Source: Octopus vulgaris
Taxonomy: Eukaryota
Reading direction: 5' to 3'
Length of the DNA stretch: 64,000 bases
Assembly: GCA_951406725.2 (NCBI GenBank)
Contig: OX597818.1
Location: 22,134,001 to 22,198,000, forward strand
Below are positions 13,185 to 24,129 of the stretch, in pieces. The position numbers and the translations under genes are program-made. Under the pieces are notes generated by a model that did no database searches, was not told the origin of the DNA, and saw nothing but the letters and a program-made list of their open reading frames with translations. Each line of letters starts with the position of its first letter. Within the stretch, counting starts at the first letter, position 1.

Positions 13185-14040
13185 CTTGAGTAATCTACTG
13201 CATGTTTATGTAAAAAAAAAAAAATTTTTTTAATCAAATTGAAATTTCTTTCCTAGTTGGAGAAAGAAAATAAAAACCTTGTGATAATTACTAGTAGTTC
13301 CCCCCCCCCCAATAGCGGTAATTAATTTTAATACATGCTTATTTGAAAGAAATTTGATTTTTGTTTGTAGGTAAAGAACAACTGTTCCACACATTACCTC
13401 ATGGAATGTATTGAAAAATAAGCATTTTAATGTTAAATGTCATTTCAAATGTGAACTTCTGTGTAGTTGCTAAATTTCCCTCAAATCATACATTACTGTC
13501 TTTAGAAGATGAGTCAGATAATAATGTAGTCTTATATGTACTATATTTGAAAAAGACGAGATGGTCGTGGATGAAGTGTCTTTAACGACAGGACTTCTCA
13601 ATTAGTGCTAAACTGATTTCAACTATCAATTTGAATAAAAATACGTTTTGTCGATTTGTTGAACAGAGTTAAAGGATCTTTTCGTTTTGACCGGCAGATT
13701 CAAGGTCAAAAACTTTTGAGAAGACTTGCAGCTTTTACCATTACATATCCCATGGAATATCAACAACTTTTCTAGCATTAATTATGTTTTCTTTATACCA
13801 GTTCCTTCGCTCGATAACGTGTATATAGAATTCCTTCCCCACCAAGAGTTACAAGAAGAAAAGCATCTGTGGGAAATTAAGAAATTGTTCGTAGAGATAA
13901 CAACAATAATAGGTAGTATGTATTTTCCCCCTTTATTTTCTAGATATTAAAAAAATACACATCTTCTGATTTAGTTGGTAGAATAATGCAGTCGTAGCGG
14001 ATGCTTAGTGAAATTTTCTCTCTCTCTCTCTCTCTCTCTC

Positions 14041-15002
14041 TGTTATATATAACATAAATACGGACGTAGCAGATAACAGCTAGTCTTCGGCCGCTAGGAC
14101 CCTGTTGTGTCCACTACTCTGATTGGTTGGTATTGGCGCAGTTTGTCTCTTGCTCTATTACGCGCCAATGTGCAACCCAACCAATCTCAACCTTCTGATA
14201 AGGTCCCATGACACAGTCTTCTAAATCTCCGTTGGAGCCTACTGGTCCCTATAAAAAGCTAGTGTTCAACACTGTATTTCGTCTTTGGTTCTAGACCTTC
14301 TAAGGTCTAACCACTGACCATAGAGCGCACGGCCAGTTCCAGCGACAACACCAGCGACAACATGGAGAAACATCAACACTTCGTCCAGCAGTTTTCTTAA
14401 CGTCGCCAACCACATATCTACGTACACAGCAACTATCAACATTCGTTCAGGTTCTATCTCATCACTGTGAATTACTTCACCGTGGTTAACAGAAACTACA
14501 ACCTGCGAGATCTTCCTGTATCAAATGACCGGCAGCGGCATAGTAGCCACAACTTCTCACATGACATATGCTTCAACCGACTCTGCTTCTTCGCCACAAC
14601 TTCTTGTTACAGCATTTAAACTATTGTGTACCTTACTACGAACTGGTATTTATCATCATTGAGTGTGAACATTCTTCTAACGTCCTGTTATAAACTCTTT
14701 TCATGCTCTGTATTTTATCTCACATGCATACACCCTTGTTTGTACGCACATACACATTATGTATGCATGATGGCCTGTCTATTGTTATTATATATGTACT
14801 TATGACGAACACACAGATACACACATGTTAACATAAATAAAATCTTCTCTTAAACCTTCTATCGGTGTCTTTCTATGTGTTTTTCTTTTCCTTCTGGCAC
14901 TCGTACTCATTTATCCCTTTTTGCTTTTATTGTAAGCGACCGTGCGGTGTATTAAAGGAGTCTTTCGTTCGTCACCTCTCCTTTCGCACGGTCGTTCTTA
15001 CA
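14041..15002 (+). mobile_element. Probable solo LTR
   Basis: TGTTA...TTACA termini, CCAAT boxes near 14120-14185, TATAAAA near 14251, AATAAA near 14836; no TSD found because the left flank is a (CT)n repeat. Confidence 0.45.
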
Positions 15003-15169
15003 CAGTAATAATTACACAGCACGTGGTTTTAGGCTACAAGTTAGAACAGGATAGAATTCAAACATAGCATATGATATTAATTTTCAGCATAATTCAAGGT
15101 AAGTTTACATAATTTTGTTTGTGAGAATGTTCATCGTTATTTTCGTGTTTTACGAAGCCAATTGAATAA

Positions 15170-16415
15170 TGTGTTGTGGTGTCTTCCATGTCTGCTTCGG
15201 GCGTCCTCGCTTCCTTTTCCCCTGCGGGTTCCAGTCAAGTGCTTGTCGTGTTCCATTTGAGGGTTCTTTCCGCAGTGTGTGTTCGATTTATCTCCATTTC
15301 CTTCGTCTAATCTGACATTTGTTGATGACGGTCTGGATCTTCTTGTAATTGCTGCAGGTGACTCTCCATGTTTCGGAGCCATACAAAAGCACAGATTTTA
15401 CGTTTGAACCAAATATGCGGAGTTTAGTTCGAGTTGAGATGGCAGTGGACTTCCATACCGGCCGAAGAATAGTGAAGGCTCGCCGAGCCTTCTTGCTTCT
15501 TGCCGTGATGTTCTCGTCTGACCCACCTGATTTGCTGATCTTGCTGCCAAGATAGACAAACTCACTAACGTCCTCCATTGTGATTGGCTCTTCCTGCTTG
15601 TTGTTGATACGCAGCACTTTTGTCTTTTCCCAGCTGATCCTCAAGTCCAATCGCCGTGAAGTTTCTGTCATGTGGTCTACCTTATCTTGCAGGCGATGTG
15701 ACAGTAGTGCGAGATCATTTGCGTAGTCCAAGTTCTCTAGCTTGTTCATCAGTGTCCATTGAATACCTTTCCCGGAGGTAGCGTAGGCCGTCCTGGTGAC
15801 CCAGTCCAGCACGACGAGGAACAGGAGCGGTGACAACAAACAGCGCTGTCTGACTCCTGTGCTGACCCTGAATTCCTCCGACAATCTCCCAGCATGGATG
15901 TCCTGGCAAGAAAGCTCCTCGTAGAATAATCGAATAATACCCACAATCTTCTCTGACACACCATAGTGTCGTAAGATGTCCCAGATTGTCTGCCTGTCTA
16001 CGCTGTCAAATGCTTTTTCAAAGTCGACGAAGCACACAAAGAGTGACGTTTTCCATTCCATTGTCTGCTCCACAATGACTCTGAGCGTCGCAATCTGGTC
16101 CGTGCATGATCTCTCCTCTCTGAAACATGCCTGCTCATCTCTGAATTACTTGTCAATGGTATCTTTCAATCGCTCCAGGATGATTCTTGTAAGGACTTTG
16201 CTTGGAATGGAAAACAAGGTAATTCCTCTCCACTTTTCACACTCTGATAAACCCTCACTCTTCGGCAGCTTCACCAAAAGACCCTTCTTCCAGTCGGTTG
16301 GGATCTTCTCTGTCGTCTATACCAAGTTCAGCGCATGGTGCATGTAATCGATCATCTTTTCTCCTTTTGCCTTCAGTGCCCCTCCTGGTTTGCTGTCCAC
16401 TCCTGCCGCCTTTCC
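15170..16415 (-). mobile_element. RTE-clade LINE reverse transcriptase fragment, decayed
   Basis: CFVDFEKAFDSV, TGVRQRCLLSPLLF, LDYANDLALL (YADD mutated to YAND), FVYLGS, VLLYGSETW; deletions at both ends. Confidence 0.9.
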
Positions 16416-16886
<471 letters not shown>

Positions 16887-16939
16887 AACGATGAATAGCT
16901 TTGCGTAACCATGGTCCGTTTTGTTCTCTTACTTTATTA

Positions 16940-17309
16940 TCTCTCTATATATAAACGGCAGTTTGTCTGTGCGTGTTTCTGCGTGTCTGTTTGCTTGTAC
17001 CCTCACCCTGACCACGGCTTTCAACCGATTCTGATGAAACTTGACACACACATAGCCCAATGTCATAATTCAAAACTAACGCAGCGAAAATTTTGAAAAG
17101 TTCCCCTAGTTCTGAAAAAAATCGATAAAATCGACATGGGGTCGAGAATCAGAAACAAACCACAGACTGTCTAGGGGACGCAACTCAACCTTTTTTAACT
17201 CAAAAAAAATTTACCATCATTTTTTTGCTATTTTTTGGCTATAACTCTCTAAAAATGCTTTATAGTTATTTCCCTTACAAACCTGAGCAACGCCGGGCGA
17301 TACTGCTAG
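16940..17309 (+). mobile_element. Non-autonomous Helitron
   Basis: Inserted between A and T; 5' TC; 3' hairpin CCTG/CCCG-AGCAACGC-CGGG followed by CTAG; 3' end shared with 39069-39455. Confidence 0.7.
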
Positions 17310-17512
17310 TCATCTTATAATCATCTCATAATAATGACTTTTATGACTCGTATTACTACCTCAGTCAATCTAAATGTATATATTTGTCGTTACCTGTCAT
17401 AAATATCCTCTTTTTATTTGCAATGTGCATTTTCGTTGATTTTTCATATTTTACCCTTACATTTCCACGTGTATTTTATATTTTCTTTTTATAACATATT
17501 TCTACTATATAT

Positions 17513-18527
17513 TGTTGTGAGTTCAACTTAAGGACAGAGCCGGCGACCTACTTTGGGGATGAATCCATTGTTCTGCCAGATGCGGGTTGATTAATTGGCT
17601 CTGGGAAGCTCCCCGATCCTTTCAGGTGAACTAGAGTTCAGTTTGTGAGAGACAGTGAGAGAAATGTTGAGGGCTGAGGAAGACAGATTAAGGAACTGAG
17701 GGAGTTCCAGCAGAGAGAGATTGGGGGTAGTGAGAAGGCAGTCGAGGACAGAGCAAGCTGGATTTGGCAGTCGGTATTTGGGAGTCAAGGCGAGCAGTTG
17801 GATTTAGCAGTGAGGATTTGGTATTCAGGGCAAGCAAATGGCAGTTTGGATTTTAGCAGTTGGTTTGTTCTGCTGTGACAGAGAGAGAGATATACGGAGG
17901 ATTAGGCGGCTGATAGAGAGGAACTACGGTACGTGAATTGTTGTATTGATATGTGAAGAAAAAGAAGGAAAGAGTTGTGGTATTTATGTAAAAGAGAACT
18001 GTGTAATGAACATTGTTTATGTTGTTGATGGTTATAAAGAAAACGCTAAAGAGAACTGTAAAAGAAATGAGACAGTAAAAAGAATCGATGTATCGAAATG
18101 TAAAAGAACTCTGAACTGTATCGTGTATATGCCTTTAATGTGATTTGAAACAGAACTGTTGTCTCCGGACTGTTATATTGTATCTGCATGTTTAAATGCT
18201 TTGATCTGTGGTATACCTGTATGATGTATTGATTTGTTGTTTAATTCGACGTGTACTCTTTAAATGCTGTTGTTATCGCATTTGATGTATCTGATATGTA
18301 ATTGATGTTGTAACAATTATCAAGTGTTATAAACTAGTACGTTAAATGTGAGCCAATTGCCTTGCCTTCTTTGTGTCTCTCTCGATTGCCTCTGTGTCTC
18401 TTCTTGCGGCTGTTGTTGTAGTTGTCTCTCTCTCTCCTCTCCGAGTTTCCGTGGCTAACTTCGCTGATCGTTCGGGCCTGTGTGAGGGATTCCGTAACAG
18501 CTTTCGTTCGCAGGGGGTCCCGTAACA
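17513..18527. mobile_element. Solo LTR with 4-bp TSD
   Basis: TGTTG...TAACA termini flanked by ATAT (17509-17512) and ATAT (18528-18531); about 1015 bp. Confidence 0.6.
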
Positions 18528-18614
18528 ATATGTATAAATGTATATATATATATATATAACGTCATAAATGACAGAGAAATAGTTTGATGAGATTTTATTT
18601 AACAATAAGAAAAT

Positions 18615-19175
18615 TCAAATGTCACGACAAATTGGGTAGGGAAAGGAAAAACACCGGCACCCCAAGCTAAAGAAGGTCTTCACCACGTAAGGTGTTACTA
18701 TCAGACTGGTGGGATATGAAAGGTTCAGTCCACTTTGAATTTCTAAACCCAAACCAAACGATAACAAAGGAAATCTACTGCGAGTAGTTTGAGCGGCTAG
18801 AAGAAAAGCGACTATCTTTGGTTTCAAGACGAAAGTTGTTCTTCCATCAAGATAATGCTCGGCTTCATACAACGAAGATGACATTCCAAAGGTTGGAGCA
18901 GTTTGAACGATGCCCCACCCATCATATTCGCCGGACATCGCCTCATCTGATTATCATTTTACTACGCAGTCTTCAAAATCATTTGGACGGAAAAAATATG
19001 AATTCTGTAGACGAGGTCAGAACAGTACTGGAGGAGTATTTTCCGTCACAGACAAGTGAATTTTGGAAGAGGGGCCTTCCATTGTAGAAAATGAGAGTAT
19101 ATTTTAGACTAAAACAGAATTTTGTTTATCTTAATTTTAAAAAAAAGAAGTATATAAAAACTGCATTAATTATGA
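18615..19175 (+). mobile_element. Decayed mariner transposase fragment
   Basis: WWDMKG-like segment, FFHQDNARLHT, frameshifted HPxYSPD, RSLQNHLDGK...FWKRG. Confidence 0.8.
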
Positions 19176-20567
19176 GGTGTGTGTTATTTGGAATTATTCT
19201 CCTAGAGAGATCTCTTGGATCATTCACTCCCAGCTGTTGGATAGGATGGCCATTGACTCTACTAAGTTCACCAGTCCTTTGACAAGCTTTGTTTTTCATC
19301 TCGCAGGTTGTCCAGTGAAAACTTTTTTTTTTAACATGCAAGTTTGGTAGAGTTGCCTGTTTAATCTCCGTCGGTCTGATCATGCGATAAATTGTACTGG
19401 ATTACGTATCACCAGTAGCACAAAGAGTGACTCTCTCCCTCACACACACACATCCTCTCTCTCTAAATGATTTCTAGCATAAGAACATACCCGCAAATTT
19501 GTTGGGATGTCGTCAATTATATCGATTCAATGACTAACTTTTGCTTTACCCCCACCTCCATAATCTATATAGCCTCTGTAGTCACTATATCTGTTAAAAA
19601 TATCAGCTAAATCTTCCTCAATAAATGGTAATGGTCAAGACATTTATCGCCACCTGACTCCAATTTGCGGTTCATGCTTGATTTTTCCCTAGGACAAACC
19701 CCGAGCTGATCCCGCACCTAAGCTGCTACAAATAGGACAGTTTAAACATTTCCCAGAGATCTAGGTACATGTTTTTGGAAACATTACGTTTTCGAATGTG
19801 ATAAACAGTTCCGTAATTTCTTGTTGAACACCTGTGGTAGACTTTATCTACAACTCATGAGTTGTAGATAAAGTCTCAGTCTTCACTGAAAATTCTATCA
19901 CAACCAGAAATATTTGGTTAAATTCTTCCCGGCTTGGGACTTTCCTCCATCTTGAGTATTTCCTATTCCGAAATTATTTTAAAAAGCATAAATGTTAGAT
20001 GAGGCGTGTATCTATTTACACCTGGCTTTTTTTTTTTTTTTTTTTGTAAGGATCGGGTAAGAGCTGAGGGAAATTCGGCTATTTTAAGCATTTTGAATGA
20101 CTTGCTTCACGATAATATTTTAATAGTGTGGGTGCTTAACAATAGTACATGGTTACAGGTTTATGGAAAATAAAAGACAATAAACAGCAATGCTGTTTTC
20201 TGGTTGAAGTGATATGATTCTGATTTTTCAGGTGAGAAAAAAAAGTCATTGGGAGTTACGTCCCTTGAATATAATTTTCTTTTATTTATGATTTCGATCA
20301 ATATACGAAATCGTATTATTGCGACATCGTGTGTAATGATTGAATAACAATGTGTATAAATAAATAATAATAAAAAAACTCGGTTGCTAACCTACTCCTC
20401 TTGTAACCACATTATTAGTGTCTCGTTCCTGAACTATAACAGAAAGCTGCTCCCCAACGGAGATCTCAGGTAACAAAAAAAGAGTTAAACTATTCTTTAT
20501 GGAAGTTTGTGTGTGTGTATGATATATATATATATATAACGTCTACGAAATTTGCTAGCCTTCATCG

Positions 20568-20612
20568 GACTGTCTGATGAGGCGAGCAAGCCGAAACTTC
20601 GAAGTTTTAGTC
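20568..20612 (+). ncRNA. Type I hammerhead ribozyme motif with intact catalytic core
   Basis: GACTG-T-CTGATGA-GGC(GAGCAA)GCC-GAAA-CTTCGAAG-TT-T-TAGTC: helix I GACUG/UAGUC, helix II GGC/GCC, self-complementary helix III, predicted GUU cleavage after 20606. Confidence 0.65.
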
Positions 20613-23046
20613 ACAACTTTTCTCGTAAAATATGTACTCTGCAAAAGTATTGAGCAATCCTTTAATGTAAAATGGTTTTTATTATAACTTGTCATGAAAA
20701 TAAACATGAATATATACGTGTGTGTACACATAAACATGTAAACTATTTCACACGAGTGTTATAACAGCTGAACTACTAAAACATAGCTATTCGCAAACGG
20801 CATTATACTTTTCTCTATGTTATTAGGCGTAAGTGAAGTAAAATAGCTATATGTTGAAGTGAAACTGAACTGTAGACTTAACTTGTTGAGATCTTATGTT
20901 TACAATACAGCCCACAACCCATTCAAATGTTTTTAAGGAAATAATGCTTTCTGTATTACTAAGCATAAAATTGTTAAAATTCTAGTTTACCGTCTATATC
21001 GCTTAAGAAATAATGGTTTCAAATGTTGGCATAAGACCAGTGGAGACGGCAGGGTGAAAAGTGGATTTCTCCCGATCCCACTGTTCAACTAGTACTTATT
21101 TTATTCATTCCAAAAGGATGAAAGCAAAGTCGACCTCGTGGCATTTGAATTCAGAACGTCAAGCATTTTGACCAGTTAGCTAAGATTTTGCCTGTTCACC
21201 GTCTTTCGCTTAAGAAATAATAATGAAAATGAACTCGAAATTAAAATAAAAATCAGTTCTGTATGTTTATATAATTGGACTGTTGAGATCCAAGATTGCT
21301 GGCCTTGTACCAAAATCAAAAAAAATATTTCTGATTTAAGTACAAGGCCAACAATTTTAGGGAGAGGGGTTTGTCGATATCGTCGACTCCAGTATTTGAC
21401 TAGTACTTTAATTTTATTGGCCCTGAAAGGATGAGAGGTAAAGTTGGCTTCGCTGTGACTTGCATTTCGAACGTAAAGAGTTACGAATATGTACCACAAG
21501 GTATTTTCTCCGACGCACTAACAACTCTGCCAATCCTCCAAAAATCTCCCAATAGTCACACTCAGGAAATATGTGTTAAACTTGAGATTGTATAAAATGG
21601 CATTTGGCTAAACGGCCTTCAAGCGAGTTGAACTTGAGATCTAGTGGTTGTGAAGTGAACAAGTGAATTCTTAATCATTCCAGCATAGGGGAGTAGGGCA
21701 AAATTTCTAACCTGATTTCTTGTTATTTACTGCCTGCCTGTTTGAAATCATTACATTGCAAATATTGCATCATCGTTTTGTATTGCTACATTATATTTAG
21801 GAGTAAAAACTGGTCAGCGTAGTTGTTGAAGTCGAGGGAGTTTGAAATATAGTCAGGTGACAGGTTCTGTATTTTCAAGAAATTTTTGCTCAACTTTGAA
21901 CCTGATTGTAATTGAGGTTGCTAATAAGTTATCTGGATAATTTTTTGGTGTTTAACAGTCAATATTCTTTTCTCTGTTGGATTCCAAGTCAATTTTTTCC
22001 CACATTAATGTCTAATATGATAATTTTCAAGTTTCAAAAAAATTGATGTCTAGAATGGGGTAAAATGAGTAATGACTAATTACAATAATTTCTTCTCTTT
22101 AACTGCATAGTGAGTAAATATATCACAAAGAACAGGTGCTGAAGAAGCTACAGAGAATATATATATGTATATATATATATATATATATTTATTTCGAGTT
22201 TTGTTAATTTTTCCTTGATCTTCTTTCATTTCACCTAGATATTTAAATTATTTTTTGTTATCTCTGATCTTTCTGATGTCCACGGATGGATATTGATGTC
22301 TATGAGTCTGTTTTCTGAAGCAGCAAATTTACACTGTATTGTCCTACTTATTTTTCTCCAACCAAATTTGATTTTTATTTGCTCAGAGTGAACAGCAATA
22401 ATTTTCTGAAATGACGATCAGATGATGTTATAGTAGTTTAAATGCATTTAGGGAAGGCCATTTGCTTAGCTAATATAGTTTTTGTAAAGTAGTGAACATT
22501 TGTAAAAAATACATTTTGTCTCAAAGTCAAAAATTCAGTAAAAACACCTCATTTTCCCCCAGCCACCTGTGTGTATGTTTGCAGGAATGGCTGTGTGGTG
22601 AATTAGTTTGGTTTTCAACCACATGGTTTTAGGCTCAATTCCAGTGTATGGCTTCTTGGGCAAGTGTCTTCTGTTATAAACCTGGGCCAATCAAAACAAT
22701 GTGAGTGAGTTTGGTAGACAAACTAAAAGCCTCTCATGATAGATAGATAGATAGATAGATAGACAGACAGATAGGTGAGTGGGTAGATGTGTGTGTGTGT
22801 ATTTGAGTTGCTATGTCTTGTCTTGGTATGAGTTAAATAATATGAAGGGCATCCAGCTACAGAAAATCTGCCTCAGTAAACTCATCCAACCCATGCAAGC
22901 ATGGAAAAGTGGACGTTAAGACAATGATGATAATGTATTATTTTGGCAAGGATGAAAACCCTTCTAGACAGGTTTTGGTTTTGTTATTACCTCATCAGTA
23001 AAGTGGCTGAGCTGGCATAATCATTAGCACACCAGGTAAATTGCTT

Positions 23047-23432
23047 ACTCTTTTACTTGTTTCAGTCATTTGACTGCGGCCATGCTGGAGCACCGCCTTT
23101 AGTCGAGCAAATCGACCCCAGGACTTATTCTTTGTAAGCCCAGTACTTATTCTATCGGTCTCTTTTACCGAACTGCTAAGTGACGGTGACGTAAACACAC
23201 CAGCATTGGTTGTCAAGCAATGCTAGGGGGACAAACACAGACACACAAACATATACACACACATATATACGACAGGCTTCTTTCAGTTTCCGTCTACCAA
23301 ATTCACTCACAAGGCTTTGGTTGGCCCGAGGCTATAGTAGAAGACACTTGCCCAAGGTGCCACACAGTGGGACTGAACCTGGAACCATGTGGTTGATTAG
23401 CAAGCTACTTACCACACAGCCACTCCTGCGCC
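23047..23432 (-). mobile_element. Octopus tRNA-derived SINE nested inside a second SINE family copy (about 23003-23605)
   Basis: Head GGCGCAGGAGTGGCTGTGTGGTAAG...GGTTCAGTCCC with A/B boxes on the minus strand. Near-identical copy at 60958-61350; others near 6150, 22585, 31061, 41540 and 54460. The host SINE is split at GCTTA/CTTAGC. Confidence 0.85.
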
Positions 23433-23957
23433 TTAGCAGTATTTCATCCATCTTTGCATTCTGAGTTCAAATTCTGCTAAGGTCAACTTTGCCTTTCATC
23501 TTTTTGAGGTTGATAAAATAAGTACCAGTTCAGCACTGGGGTCGATGAAATCAACTTATCCCCTTCCCCGAATCAATTAGTCTTGTACCAAAATTTGAAG
23601 CCATTATTACCTCATCAATGAAACAGACTCTTTGCTGCATATGTTCCTTGAACTTTCAGTTCTTCCTCCAAAGTGGGGATTAGTTTTTAAATGTGAAACA
23701 AAGTTCCAACAGTGGAATTTAGATTTCAACAAAAGTGTAAAATCACATTCTAAATTTTTGAAAATTTTTATATATTTTCACTGTCTTTTTTGTGTACATA
23801 TGTATGTTTGTGTGTATGTATGCATGTGTGTGTATATGTTTGTGACCAAATTCTTTATTAAAGCTGATAAAAAAAATCTACTTTTTACTTCTTTATTATG
23901 ATATTTTTATTTATGTTTTTTTTTTTTTGCTCCTTTTGTCTTTTCAAAGTGACATTC

Positions 23958-24129
23958 ATGGCAGATGATCAAAACAGTGCAGTTCTTGGCTGTGTGGCTG
24001 AAGAAATTTCTCATTTAAAGAAACATCATGAATCAAAGTGCAAAATAATAGAATCTGTTGGAGACTTTGCATACATTATTACTATCCAGCTCCAAATAAA
24101 GAATTTGTCACTGAAATTTCAATTAACAA
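23958..24129 (+). CDS. LENG9: LENG9-like coding exon 1 (RWD N-terminal half)
   Basis: MADDQNSAVLGCVAEEISHLK...LKFQLT; polypyrimidine acceptor 8 nt before the ATG; GTAAGA donor. Confidence 0.75.

Noticed and set aside
12475-13193. ORFs of 70-179 aa rich in YV/CV/HT
   Set aside because: Translations of (GT/AC)n microsatellites inside the foldback element.
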